This document shows positions 18,554 to 28,421 of a stretch of 64,000 nt of DNA, one piece after another. Location: NCBI GenBank assembly GCA_035654155.1, contig DASRXM010000016.1, positions 10,924 through 74,923 on the forward strand, written 5' to 3'. The stretch comes from Candidatus Babeliales bacterium (GTDB lineage Bacteria; Vulcanimicrobiota; Vulcanimicrobiia; Vulcanimicrobiales; Vulcanimicrobiaceae). The translations under genes and the position numbers were made by a program. Every line of letters starts with the position of its first letter. The first letter of the stretch is position 1. The notes under the pieces are model-generated. The model did no database searches and was not told where the DNA came from. It saw only the letters and a program-made list of their open reading frames with translations.

Positions 18554-19417
18554 ATGAGTGCGGCGGACACCGACCCGACGCAATCGGTTTCCGAAAGGTT
18601 GAACCGCCGCGTTTTCGTCGGCATCTCTACGGCGGCAACGCTAGCGGCGTCCACGCCGGCGCCGGCGCAGGAAACGCTCGGCAAGCCTCACCCGCCGCTG
18701 GTTGCGGAGAACGATCCGGCGATCGTCGTCGACAACGTCCAGCTGAAGCGGCCCGACGCCGTCGTTCCGGCCTACGCGGCCTGGCCCGCGGGAGCCGGCG
18801 CCGGCACTTCCTCCGTCGTCGTGGTCATGCACGTGTGGGGCGTCGATGCGCCGATTCGCGATTTCGTGCGCCGGCTTGCGAAGGCCGGATTTGCGGCAAT
18901 CGCTCCCGATCTCTATGCCCGATCCGGAGCGCCAAGCGGCGACGGCGCGACCGACTATACTATCTTTCGCCCGTACGCGCAAAAGCTGGAACGCCCGCAA
19001 TACGTCGGCGATATCCAAGCCGCCGCAAGTTGGCTGCAGTCCAAGTTTGAGGGAACCAACGTCGGCATCACGGGATTCTGCATGGGCGGCCACCTGGTGC
19101 TGGACACCGTCATCGCCACCGGCACGCTCTTCGCGGTAGCGTGTCCGTTTTACGGACCGCTCGACGAACTCGATCCCAAAGCCATCCGCATTCCGGTTTG
19201 CGGAAGCTACGGCGCACGCGATACCAGCATTCCGGCCGATTCGGTGCGCGCGTTCGCCTCCGCGATGACGGCGCCGAATGATTTTCGAATTTACGACGAC
19301 GCCGGCCATGCCTTTATGGACGATACGCGCCCGCGTTACGTTGCCTCAGCGGCAGCCGACGCTTGGAAGCGCACGATCGCGTGTTTCGAGAAGTATCTTC
19401 GAGGATCGGCGAAGTGA
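18554..19417 (+). CDS. Dienelactone hydrolase-family protein with Tat signal peptide
   Basis: Twin-arginine leader (LNRRVFVGISTAATLAAS...APAQ). DLH nucleophile elbow GFCMGG, later D and H (DAGHAF). Confidence 0.8.
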   Translation: MSAADTDPTQSVSERLNRRVFVGISTAATLAASTPAPAQETLGKPHPPLVAENDPAIVVDNVQLKRPDAVVPAYAAWPAGAGAGTSSVVVVMHVWGVDAPIRDFVRRLAKAGFAAIAPDLYARSGAPSGDGATDYTIFRPYAQKLERPQYVGDIQAAASWLQSKFEGTNVGITGFCMGGHLVLDTVIATGTLFAVACPFYGPLDELDPKAIRIPVCGSYGARDTSIPADSVRAFASAMTAPNDFRIYDDAGHAFMDDTRPRYVASAAADAWKRTIACFEKYLRGSAK

Positions 19418-20508
19418 GCGTAGCCGAAGCCTTCGCGTTCTTCTTGGCCGGGGCGGCGCTCGGGGGCATTCTGGCTTGGCTAGCGGCGCGTTCCGTCCGC
19501 GAGCAGGCGATCGAAGCGCTTTTGGAGCGCGCCAAGAACGAGCTGCGTGAAGCGACTGCGACGCGCGCCAGCGAGCGTGTCGGCGAGCTCGTCTCACCGA
19601 TGGCGACGAAGCTCGGCGAGTTCGACCGGCTTCTCGGCGAGCTCTTAGGACGCACCAATCAGCTCGAGAATGCGACCGCCAATCTTACTACGCAAACTTC
19701 CACGCTGGTAAGCGCGTTGCGCAACCCGGCCGCGCGCGGCAAATGGGGCGAGATGCAGCTGCGCAACGTCGTCGAGAAGGCCGGGATGCTTGCCTACTGC
19801 GATTTTTCGGAGCAGCAGACCGTGGCGCTGGACGAAGCGCGAGTCCGCCCGGATATGACGATCAACCTCCCGGGCGACCGTTGCGTTTTCGTCGACGCCA
19901 AAGCACCGATCGACGCGATGCAGGCGGCTCTGGAAACGCCCGACGACGAGGCTCGCCGGCTTCTCGTCAAACAACACGCCCGCGCTCTGCGCGATCACGT
20001 CGACTCGCTGTCGCGGCGAGCCTATCAGCGGGCGAAAGGTTCGGCGGAATACGTCGTGATGTTCGTGGCGGGCGAAGCGTTTTTGAGCGCGGCCTGCAGC
20101 GAAGATCCGGCGCTCGTCGAGTACGCCATGGATAAGGGCGTGCTCGTCAGCGGGCCGCTTTCATTAATCGGCCTGCTGCGGACTTTCGCTCTCGGCTGGC
20201 AAGCCGTGCGGCAAGAAGAAAACGCAAAGCGGATCGCCTCGATCGGACGCGTGCTCTACGAGCGCGCGCTCAAGTTCTCCGAGCACTTGGGCGAAATTCG
20301 CAAGCACCTGGAGCGATCCGTCGTGGCCTTCAACGGCGCTGTAAGCTCGTACGAATCGAAACTTCTCCCGCAAGGCCGCAAGCTCAAAGACGAAGCCGCG
20401 TTGGCGGGCGACGATCTGGCGGAGATCCCGCCCATCGACGTCGTGCCGCGCGAGATCACCGCGCTCGACGCGGCACCCCGCTCTTCCGAGTTACGGCGTC
20501 GCGCCTGA
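19414..20508 (+). CDS. rmuC: DNA recombination protein RmuC
   Basis: Trimmed to GTG 19414, which forms a GTGA overlap with the DLH stop. N-terminal TM helix, a coiled coil, then the RmuC nuclease-like C-terminal domain (RGKWGE.QL.NV.E..G, VDAK.P, EYVVMFV..E). Confidence 0.85.
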   Translation: MSVAEAFAFFLAGAALGGILAWLAARSVREQAIEALLERAKNELREATATRASERVGELVSPMATKLGEFDRLLGELLGRTNQLENATANLTTQTSTLVSALRNPAARGKWGEMQLRNVVEKAGMLAYCDFSEQQTVALDEARVRPDMTINLPGDRCVFVDAKAPIDAMQAALETPDDEARRLLVKQHARALRDHVDSLSRRAYQRAKGSAEYVVMFVAGEAFLSAACSEDPALVEYAMDKGVLVSGPLSLIGLLRTFALGWQAVRQEENAKRIASIGRVLYERALKFSEHLGEIRKHLERSVVAFNGAVSSYESKLLPQGRKLKDEAALAGDDLAEIPPIDVVPREITALDAAPRSSELRRRA

Positions 20509-21057
20509 AGCGTGGTCGGCCTCCCACGCTTTGAGCGCCGCGAGCGTATTTTGAACGTGCTGCGACGGATCCATGCTCGTATACGTATAGATGATGGTTC
20601 CGTCGGGTGCTATCACGTAAGACGTTCGATTAGCATACTGCGGATGTTGCGCTAGCACCGCGTCGTAGGCTTTGATGACCGTCTCGTCGGTATCGGCTGC
20701 GACCGCAAATTTGCTGCGGCATTCGCTCACGGAGAACTTCTGAAGCTTGTCGAGCGGGTCGTGCGAGACACCGATCACGGTCGCGTTCAGCGCCTTATAC
20801 TCGTCGATCGCGTCGGCGAACTCATGAGCTTCGATCGTGCACCCCGTCGTGAAAGCCGCCGGATAAAAATACAGAACGACCGGACCCTTTTTGAGCGTTG
20901 CGGCCAGATTGAAGGTGAAGGCGTTTCCGCCTTGCGTCGCCTGCAACGTGAAATCGGGCGCCTTGCTGCCGATCGAAAGCGCGGCCAAGGCCGGCGCCGT
21001 CACCGCCGCGACGACGGTGGTTGCGGACAGCCAAAACCGTAGCGATCGAGCCATCAT
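20491..21057 (-). CDS. Secreted peroxiredoxin (AhpC/TSA, Bcp/PrxQ-like)
   Basis: Trimmed to ATG 21057, with AGGAGG upstream. Signal peptide MMARSLRFWLSATTVVAAVTAPALA. Active site FYPAAFTTGCTIE. The 3' end overlaps rmuC by 18 nt (convergent). Confidence 0.85.
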   Translation of the reverse strand: MMARSLRFWLSATTVVAAVTAPALAALSIGSKAPDFTLQATQGGNAFTFNLAATLKKGPVVLYFYPAAFTTGCTIEAHEFADAIDEYKALNATVIGVSHDPLDKLQKFSVSECRSKFAVAADTDETVIKAYDAVLAQHPQYANRTSYVIAPDGTIIYTYTSMDPSQHVQNTLAALKAWEADHASGATP

Positions 21058-21067
21058 TCCAAACCTC

Positions 21068-21610
21068 CTACACTTTGAATTCAATGCCGGTAAATTGCTT
21101 TGGATCGTAGTTGGCGTCACGGGGCGGCCGGGGCGTATCCTTCCACCACGTACTATACATCGCCAGCCACTCGAAGTTTTCGAAAAGATATTCGTTGTCG
21201 CGAACCCGCCGCCATCGCGTGACGAACGGAAGAATGGTGCTCCAGCGCGACCGCAGCATGAACCCGACCGCATCTACCAGCAAGGAGGCATCGAGCACGC
21301 CGCGCCGCGCCAGACATGCGACCGTCTCGACGTACTGCGCGACCAAAACCAAGGCGTGATCGTCGGGCGATCCGCTGAACGCGCCGCGCACGCTGTCGTC
21401 GTTGGGATAGCGCTCGCCGATCCCTTCGAGCTGCTCGAACGCCGCGACGATTGCAGGGTCGGTCAGGCGCGCGATGGCGTCGAGGATCGCAAGCGCGTTT
21501 CGCTCGTGCTCGAGCTGCTTGTTCTGCCGGGTCAATAGAATCGTCGACAGGCCCAGCGCAATCAGCGAAACGACGACCGATGCGGCCGCGAAGGTCTGCT
21601 CGGCGCTCAC
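21068..21610 (-). CDS. Hypothetical N-terminally anchored protein (DUF4760-like)
   Basis: 180 aa. One N-terminal TM helix, then a helical domain. The resemblance to DUF4760 is from memory only. Confidence 0.45.
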   Translation of the reverse strand: MSAEQTFAAASVVVSLIALGLSTILLTRQNKQLEHERNALAILDAIARLTDPAIVAAFEQLEGIGERYPNDDSVRGAFSGSPDDHALVLVAQYVETVACLARRGVLDASLLVDAVGFMLRSRWSTILPFVTRWRRVRDNEYLFENFEWLAMYSTWWKDTPRPPRDANYDPKQFTGIEFKV

Positions 21611-21620
21611 GGCCGATCTA

Positions 21621-22769
21621 TTACAACCCCATCAGGCGCGCGAGAATCAATCGCTGGACTTCGTTGGTGCCTTCGCCGATCTCGTTGATCTTTTGATCGC
21701 GGTACATCCGCGAAATCGGGTATTCGTCCATGAAACCGTAGCCGCCGTGAATCTGCAGCGCGTCGTTGACCACGCGATGCGAGAGCTCGCCGGCGAAGAG
21801 CTTGGCAAAGCTCGCTGCCTGCACGTAGTCGCGGCCTTGATCCTTCTCCCAGGCCGCGCGCAGCATCATCAGCTTCGCGTGCTCGATTTCGGTGAGCATG
21901 TCGACCAGCTTGAACGAGATCGCTTGAAACTTGCTGATCGGCTTGCCGAAGGCGTGGCGTTCTTTGGCGTATGCCAGCGCCTCGTCGTATGCGCCCATCG
22001 CCAGCCCGATCGAGAGCGCCGCGACGGAGATGCGGCCGCCGTCGAGGATCGAAAGAAACTGCCGGTACCCCTCGCCGCGCGGACCGAGCAAGTTCTCCGC
22101 CGGAACTTCTGCGTCGACGAAGGAGAGCTCACGCGTGTCCGACGCGCGCCATCCCATCTTGGCGTACTTCCGGCTGCGCGTGAATCCCGGGGTCTCTTGC
22201 GGTACGATAACGTTCGAAATCTCACGCGAACCGTCGGGGCGGCGTCCCGTCACCGCGGTAATGGTCGTACCGCCTGTGATCTCCGTCCCAGAGTTGGTAA
22301 TAAAGGCCTTGGTCCCGTTGATCACCCAGCTGCCGTCACGCGACTCGGCCTTGGTCTGCACGTTCCCGGCATCGCTGCCGGCGTTGGGCTCGGTCAATCC
22401 GAAGCCCCACAGCCGCTCGCCGCGCGCCAGCGGGACCAGATACTTTTGCTTCTGAGCTTCGGTTCCAAATAGATAGAACGGCGTAGCGCCGAGCGAGACG
22501 TGCGCCGCCAGCGTGATCGCGGTCGACGCATCGGCGCGCGCGATTTCCATGACGGTCAGCGCATAGCTTACCGTATCGCCGCCGGCACCGCCGTACTCTT
22601 CGGGAAACGGCAAGCCCATGAAACCAAGCTCGCCCATTTTTGCGACGAGCTCGTAGGGAAACTGCTCGTTTCGATCCATCTCTTCGGCGCGCGGCTTTAC
22701 CTCTTCGCGCGCAAACTCGCGCGCAAGGCTTTGGATCGCCCGCTGCTCGTCGGTTAAATCGAAGTCCAT
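21621..22769 (-). CDS. Acyl-CoA dehydrogenase
   Basis: Trimmed to ATG 22769 (MDFDLTDEQRAIQ...). Full-length ACAD pattern (GLTEPNAGSD, WVINGTKAFITN, catalytic-base region IHGGYGFMDEYP, QIYEGTNE-like EIGEGTNEVQRL). Confidence 0.92.
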   Translation of the reverse strand: MDFDLTDEQRAIQSLAREFAREEVKPRAEEMDRNEQFPYELVAKMGELGFMGLPFPEEYGGAGGDTVSYALTVMEIARADASTAITLAAHVSLGATPFYLFGTEAQKQKYLVPLARGERLWGFGLTEPNAGSDAGNVQTKAESRDGSWVINGTKAFITNSGTEITGGTTITAVTGRRPDGSREISNVIVPQETPGFTRSRKYAKMGWRASDTRELSFVDAEVPAENLLGPRGEGYRQFLSILDGGRISVAALSIGLAMGAYDEALAYAKERHAFGKPISKFQAISFKLVDMLTEIEHAKLMMLRAAWEKDQGRDYVQAASFAKLFAGELSHRVVNDALQIHGGYGFMDEYPISRMYRDQKINEIGEGTNEVQRLILARLMGL

Positions 22770-22816
22770 GGCGAAGGTATAGCCCCGGCCTGTAGGTAAA
22801 CCTCTTTTCCCAAGCG

Positions 22817-23527
22817 ATGATCTCCCTGCGCGGCGTTTCACTCGTCTATCCAAACGGCGTGCGCGCCCTCGACAACGTGAACCTCGAAATTACAAAGGGC
22901 GACTTCGTCTTCCTCGTCGGCGACTCCGGAACGGGCAAATCGAGTCTCCTGCGGTTGCTTTACCGCGAGGCAAAGCCGACCACGGGTGAAATCACCGTCG
23001 ACGGCATCCGCGTCGACCGGTTGCGCCGTAATCGCGTTCCGGCGTTACGCCGCCACCTCGGCGTAGTCTTTCAAGATTTCAAGCTGCTCGTCGACAAGAC
23101 GGTCTGGGAAAACGTCGCCTTTGCGATGCAAGTGACCGGAGCGCACACCCGCGACGTGATGCGGCAGGTACCGCGCGTTCTCGATTTGGTCGGTCTCTCG
23201 CACAAGAGCCGCATGTACCCGGGCGAGCTGTCCGGCGGCGAGCAGCAGCGCACCGCAATTGCCCGCGCGCTGGTCAACAATCCTAAAATTCTGCTTTGCG
23301 ACGAGCCTACTGGCAATTTGGACCCCGCGAACACGACCGAGATCACCGCGTTGCTGCTGCGCATCAATTTAAAAGGAACGACCGTGGTCGTGGCCACCCA
23401 TAACCAAGCGGTCGTGGACCGCATGCGGCGGCGGGTCGTGCGCCTGGAGGACGGCCGAATCACCACCGACGAGGAGAGAGGCTACTACTATCTTGGACTC
23501 GGGCAAGGTCAAGTTCTTTCTGGGTGA
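22817..23527 (+). CDS. ftsE: Cell-division ABC ATPase FtsE
   Basis: Walker A GDSGTGKSS, signature LSGGEQQR, Walker B LLCDEPTGNLD. Followed directly by ftsX, with a 35-nt overlap. Confidence 0.9.
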   Translation: MISLRGVSLVYPNGVRALDNVNLEITKGDFVFLVGDSGTGKSSLLRLLYREAKPTTGEITVDGIRVDRLRRNRVPALRRHLGVVFQDFKLLVDKTVWENVAFAMQVTGAHTRDVMRQVPRVLDLVGLSHKSRMYPGELSGGEQQRTAIARALVNNPKILLCDEPTGNLDPANTTEITALLLRINLKGTTVVVATHNQAVVDRMRRRVVRLEDGRITTDEERGYYYLGLGQGQVLSG

Positions 23528-24374
23528 GGTTGCGCGAAATTTTTCGCGCAACACCGGGATGCAGATGACGGCAATCGGAACGGTTGCGATCACGATCGTC
23601 TTGCTCGGACTCTTTCTCTTCGTCCGGGCTGCGCTCGCAGCGGTCGGCGCACAACTGCTCGACCAGATCGAGGTGTCGGCTTACCTTCGCCCCGACGCAA
23701 CGCAAGCGCAAGTTGCGGCAATTGCTCGATTTCTTTCGGTCGATCCAATGGTCGCATCGGCCCAGTACGTGCCCAAGCGTCAGGGCCTCGCGGAGCTGCG
23801 CGAACGCACGAAGGGCACCATCGACACCGGTCTGCTTACCGAAAACCCGCTCCCCGATAAGTTTCGGATCAAGACGCGCGTACCCGACGACGTTCCGGCC
23901 GTCGCGGCGAGCGTTCGCCGATTGAGCGGCGTCGACAACGTCGTGTACGGTCAGAAAATCGTGGCGCGGCTATTGCAGCTGGGCGCCGTTCTACGGCGCA
24001 TCGGCATCGGGGTCATCATCGTTTTCTTTGCGGTAGCGGGGATCATCATCTCGAACACGATTCGGTTGACGGTTTTTGCCCGCCGCCGCGAAATCGCGAT
24101 CATGCAGCTCGTCGGCGCTACTAGCACGTACATCCGCCTTCCGTTCATCTGCGAAGGATTGCTAGACGGCGTGCTGGGCGCGCTCCTTGCGGTCGGACTG
24201 CTTGCCGCGGCGCGCGCGGCGCTCTGGCCGCGCTTGCTGGAAGCCCTGCCCTGGGCGCAGCTCGCGGCGGCGCCGGTGGATTTGCGAGTGTTCGCAGCGG
24301 AGCTGATCCTGGTCGGCGCGGCGATTGGTTTCGTGGCTTCGTGGCTCTCGGTCGGCCGGCACCTTCGCACCTAG
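23493..24374 (+). CDS. ftsX: Cell-division permease-like protein FtsX
   Basis: N-terminal ARNFSRN motif, TM1, a periplasmic ECD, then three C-terminal TMs (FtsX fold). Confidence 0.88.
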   Translation: MDSGKVKFFLGEVARNFSRNTGMQMTAIGTVAITIVLLGLFLFVRAALAAVGAQLLDQIEVSAYLRPDATQAQVAAIARFLSVDPMVASAQYVPKRQGLAELRERTKGTIDTGLLTENPLPDKFRIKTRVPDDVPAVAASVRRLSGVDNVVYGQKIVARLLQLGAVLRRIGIGVIIVFFAVAGIIISNTIRLTVFARRREIAIMQLVGATSTYIRLPFICEGLLDGVLGALLAVGLLAAARAALWPRLLEALPWAQLAAAPVDLRVFAAELILVGAAIGFVASWLSVGRHLRT

Positions 24375-24382
24375 TGCACCTC

Positions 24383-25561
24383 ATGCGATCGCGTTTAGCT
24401 GCCGCCGCCGTAGCGCTCGCGCTCGTTCCGGGGTTGACCGGAACCTCGTCGCTCGATGCGCGCATCGCCGCACAGCGCGCAAAACAGCAGCAGATCGAGG
24501 AGCGTCTGCAGGGCAAGCGTGCCGAGCTTCACGCCGCGACCCAGCACTACGACGACTTGGAGCAGCAGCTCGGCGAGACCAACGCGGCGATCGGGGAGGT
24601 CGACGGCCGCATCGACGCGCTTGCAACCCAGCAAAACGCGACGCAGCGCCGCATCGATTGGAATACCGTTCAGCTCGGGGCGGCGCGGAAGTCGCTCGAG
24701 TTGCACGACGCCCTGCTCAAGCGCCGGCTCGTCGATATCTACGAATACGGCGACCTTACGTATTTCAACGCGTTGATTGCGTCGCGCTCGTTCAGCGAGT
24801 TCGTCGAGCGCTGGGAAGATCTGCGGCTGTTAATCGCGGCCAACGAGCGGACGGTCCGGGCGCGTAAGGCGGCCGAAGCCCGCGTCGCCGCCATCGAAGC
24901 CGACCTCGAGCGTACCCGCCTGGAACTGCAGCAGGAAGACGAGGCACAAGAGGAGGCGCGCAGCCAGCTCAATTCCCTCGCCGACGAGCGTCGCAACCTG
25001 GTCGCGCTCGCAGCCGTGCGCCGGCGCAGCGTTGCCTCGGAAGTCGCCGCAATGGAAAGCCTCTCGGCAGCCGAGGAATCCGAGTTAGAGGGCCTGATCC
25101 TCGAACGGGAGCGCGAGCTCGAGGCGCAGCGGCGCGCGCAAGGAATCGCCGGCGGCGTCGAAAGCGGTGGCGGCTCGGGGAGTTTTTCATGGCCGGTGAC
25201 CGGGACGATCACGTCGCCGTTCGGCTGGCGAACCAATCCGTTTGGAGGCGGCCCCGAGTTTCACCAGGGGCTCGACATCGCCGCGCCGTTGGGTACGACG
25301 GTCACGGCTGCCGCAGGCGGGACCGTGATTATGGCGCAATGGTACGGCGGATACGGAAATTATATCCTGATCGACCATGGGGGCGGCTACTCGACCGGAT
25401 ACGGGCACCTCTCAGCCATGTACGTGTCGGCGGGGCAGCAGGTCCAGCGGGGTCAGGCAATCGGAGCGGTCGGATCCACCGGACAATCCACCGGCCCCCA
25501 CCTCCACTTCGAGATCCGGATTGCGGGCAAGCCTGTTGACCCGGCGCCCCGGCTCCATTAA
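24383..25561 (+). CDS. Coiled-coil M23 (LytM-domain) peptidoglycan endopeptidase, EnvC-like partner of FtsEX
   Basis: Trimmed to ATG 24383. Signal peptide, ~230 aa of coiled coil, and a C-terminal M23 domain that keeps its metal ligands (FHQGLDI; GPHLHFEI). Confidence 0.85.
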   Translation: MRSRLAAAAVALALVPGLTGTSSLDARIAAQRAKQQQIEERLQGKRAELHAATQHYDDLEQQLGETNAAIGEVDGRIDALATQQNATQRRIDWNTVQLGAARKSLELHDALLKRRLVDIYEYGDLTYFNALIASRSFSEFVERWEDLRLLIAANERTVRARKAAEARVAAIEADLERTRLELQQEDEAQEEARSQLNSLADERRNLVALAAVRRRSVASEVAAMESLSAAEESELEGLILERERELEAQRRAQGIAGGVESGGGSGSFSWPVTGTITSPFGWRTNPFGGGPEFHQGLDIAAPLGTTVTAAAGGTVIMAQWYGGYGNYILIDHGGGYSTGYGHLSAMYVSAGQQVQRGQAIGAVGSTGQSTGPHLHFEIRIAGKPVDPAPRLH

Positions 25562-25640
25562 GACTTAGCGAGTAGAGTCGAGCCAAAGAAACTTACCGCC
25601 GGTCCGGAGTGTAGTCGAAGGACGGGTAACAAAAGGAAAG

Positions 25641-27047
25641 ATGTACCGCTTCACACGTCTGCTTCTCACCGCACTTCTGCTGGCCGCATTCGCGACGGTC
25701 GCGATACTGCTCGTCGGGTACGGCACCGGCAGAATTGCGCGCGATTCGGTATTCGAAGTTGCCACCACCGGCGACTTGCGCGACCTGTTCGCCCAGCCGC
25801 AACCGGCGGGATCGATGCTGGTCACCTTGGCGTTGCGTAAGCTCGAAAGCGATTACTACAAGCCGATCGATCCGCAGACGCCGTTAATCGGCGAGGCTGC
25901 GGCGCTGCGAACCGTTTTAAGCAGCAAGAAGATCGCCGGCCTCCTTCCGAGCGAAACCGCCAACGGAGACCCGCGGCAGGACGGCGAGCGCGCAGCCGAC
26001 GTGCTGGCGTTCGCGCAAGATCACTACGCCGCCGGCTTCGGCCCGAACGGGCGCGAGGATCTCACCGACGCAGCGCTGCGCGGCATCATGGATTCGGTGC
26101 GCGATCCGTACACCGTCTATCTCTCGCCCCACGAGATTCAAGGCCTCAACGAATCCCTTTCAGGCGGTAACTTCGGAGGCATCGGCGTCTACATCTATCA
26201 ACTCAAAGACGGCCGAATCGTCGTACAGCCGATCGAAGACATGCCTGCGGCTCGCGCCGGAATGAAGCCCGGCGAGGTCGTCGATACCGTCGACGGCAAG
26301 ACCGTGCGCGGTCTTAGCATCGACCGTGTGGAAACGATGATTCGCGGAGAAGCCGGAACGCTCGTTCGTTTGCGCGCCCACGAATACAACAAACCTTCGG
26401 GCGAACGGACCTACGCGATCGTTCGGGAGATCATTCACGTCCCCACGGTGCGCGCAAAAATGGAGAACGGATTCGATTACATCCGGCTCTCGGACTTCGG
26501 AACCACCTCGAGCGACGAGGTTCGCAAAGCCCTGCTCGAAGGACGGGCCCATAACGCCCGCGGGTACATTCTCGATCTTCGCGATAACGGCGGAGGCCTG
26601 CTCGATGCCGCAGTCGAGATTTCCAGTTTCTTCATACCGCAGGGAACGATCGTTTCTACGATCCGTCGCGACGGTCAGAAAACGAGCCAAGAGGCGCTCG
26701 GTGACGCCATCGGCGGCCTGCATCCACTTGTCGTGCTGGTGAACAAATACACGGCCAGCGCCTCCGAGATCACCTCGGGCGCGTTGCAGGATTACCACCT
26801 CGCAACCCTGGTAGGAACGCGCACGTTCGGCAAGGGCGTCGTGCAAAGCATTTTCCCGCTGCCGGATCAAGGGGCGCTCAAGATTACTACCGCGCGTTAT
26901 CTCACGCCCGCCGGGCGAGACATTCAACATCACGGCATCGAGCCCGACGTCGTCGTCGACCAGGATCCGAACCCGGCGATCATCGACACGCCGGCCGACA
27001 AACAGCTGACTGCGGCCAAGGAACACCTCCGAGCCCAGCTTCGTTAA
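25641..27047 (+). CDS. S41 carboxy-terminal processing peptidase (CtpA-like), copy 1, N-terminal TM anchor
   Basis: PDZ domain (GIGV...G.P.A.AG...GD) and S41 catalytic blocks (LDLRDNGGG, VNKYTASASEI, GTRTFGKG). Confidence 0.9.
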   Translation: MYRFTRLLLTALLLAAFATVAILLVGYGTGRIARDSVFEVATTGDLRDLFAQPQPAGSMLVTLALRKLESDYYKPIDPQTPLIGEAAALRTVLSSKKIAGLLPSETANGDPRQDGERAADVLAFAQDHYAAGFGPNGREDLTDAALRGIMDSVRDPYTVYLSPHEIQGLNESLSGGNFGGIGVYIYQLKDGRIVVQPIEDMPAARAGMKPGEVVDTVDGKTVRGLSIDRVETMIRGEAGTLVRLRAHEYNKPSGERTYAIVREIIHVPTVRAKMENGFDYIRLSDFGTTSSDEVRKALLEGRAHNARGYILDLRDNGGGLLDAAVEISSFFIPQGTIVSTIRRDGQKTSQEALGDAIGGLHPLVVLVNKYTASASEITSGALQDYHLATLVGTRTFGKGVVQSIFPLPDQGALKITTARYLTPAGRDIQHHGIEPDVVVDQDPNPAIIDTPADKQLTAAKEHLRAQLR

Positions 27048-27060
27048 CAGTTTGGAGATT

Positions 27061-28416
27061 ATGAAACGCTTATTTTCGCTTCTCTTGGCATGCGGTCTAA
27101 TGGCCGGCGCGGTTTCGGTCGCCGCGGCGGCCCAGACGACGTCGCTTCCCACGCTCGACGCTGCGGAGATCGCCACCAGCTACGACTATCTGCTGGAGAA
27201 TTTCTATAAAAAAGTCGACGCTCAAGCGGTGCTCGATTCGATCCGCGCGCAGCTGCTCTCCGCGATGCGCACCGCGGGCGTCAAGAACGCCGAACTTCCG
27301 ACGATGCACGCCGACCAGAACGCGGTGGCCAACGTTCGCGAGATCGATCGTGAGATCCAGGACGCCGCGACCGAATCGACTCATAAGTTCACGCCCCATG
27401 CGCTTACCTACATCGCCCTCGACGGCATGATGAAGTCGGTCGACGACCGGTACACCGTGTTTATGACGCCTAAAGAGTTCGCGGGACTCAATCAGGGCCT
27501 CGACGGTGGCGACTTCGGCGGAACCGGCATCGTGATCCAGATCGACGATAAGACGAAGTACGTCTCGGTAGAGAACGTGGTGCCGGACGGACCGGCCGAC
27601 AAGGCGGGCATCGTACAAGACGACCTCATCACGACGATCGACGGCGCCTCGACCAAAGGTATGAGCCTCTCCGAAGCCAGCGGAAAACTGCGCGGCAAGG
27701 AAGGCACGAAGGTAACGCTGACCATCGAGCGCGATAGCGCCGCGCTTCCTGCGCCGATCACGATTACGCGCGCAAAAATCCATCAGCTGAGCGTTTATGA
27801 AAAGATGCTGCCCGGAAAGATCGGTTTCATCGCTTTGACCGTCTTCGGCCGGGACACCGGGGACGAGCTCAACGCGGCGCTCGACCGTTTGCAGCAGCAA
27901 GGAGCGCGGGCGCTGATCCTCGATTTGCGCGACAACGGCGGCGGCTATCTCGAAGCCGCGGTTGCGGTCAGCTCTAAATTTATTCCGAGCGGACCGATCG
28001 TATCGGTCGAATCGCGCGCCTCGAACATCACCACGCTGGACGCCGACGACACCGCCATCAATCCGTTGCCGCTCGTCGTTCTCGTAAACGGATATACGGC
28101 CTCGGCATCGGAAATCACGTCGGGCGCCATTCAGGACAGCAGCGTCGGCACGATCATCGGTACGAAAACCTTCGGAAAAGGCGTCGTGCAAACGATCATT
28201 CCGCTACCCGACAAGAGCGCAATCAAAGTCACGACGGCGCGCTATCTGACGCCGCGCAACCGCGACATCAACCATCTCGGAATCACGCCCGACATCGTGG
28301 TGGTCGAAAACAAGCACCCGCAGTTTGGCCAACCGTCCAAAGACGAGCAGCTGGAGCGCGCGATCCAATATCTCGACGACCGGCTCGCGCACCTCAGCGC
28401 GGAGAACGGCGGCTAG
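27061..28416 (+). CDS. S41 carboxy-terminal processing peptidase (CtpA-like), copy 2, cleavable signal peptide
   Basis: Track TTG 27052 trimmed to ATG 27061, with GGAG upstream. Same PDZ and S41 blocks as copy 1 (LDLRDNGGG, VNGYTASASEI, GTKTFGKG). Confidence 0.9.
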   Translation: MKRLFSLLLACGLMAGAVSVAAAAQTTSLPTLDAAEIATSYDYLLENFYKKVDAQAVLDSIRAQLLSAMRTAGVKNAELPTMHADQNAVANVREIDREIQDAATESTHKFTPHALTYIALDGMMKSVDDRYTVFMTPKEFAGLNQGLDGGDFGGTGIVIQIDDKTKYVSVENVVPDGPADKAGIVQDDLITTIDGASTKGMSLSEASGKLRGKEGTKVTLTIERDSAALPAPITITRAKIHQLSVYEKMLPGKIGFIALTVFGRDTGDELNAALDRLQQQGARALILDLRDNGGGYLEAAVAVSSKFIPSGPIVSVESRASNITTLDADDTAINPLPLVVLVNGYTASASEITSGAIQDSSVGTIIGTKTFGKGVVQTIIPLPDKSAIKVTTARYLTPRNRDINHLGITPDIVVVENKHPQFGQPSKDEQLERAIQYLDDRLAHLSAENGG

Positions 28417-28421
28417 GGGAC

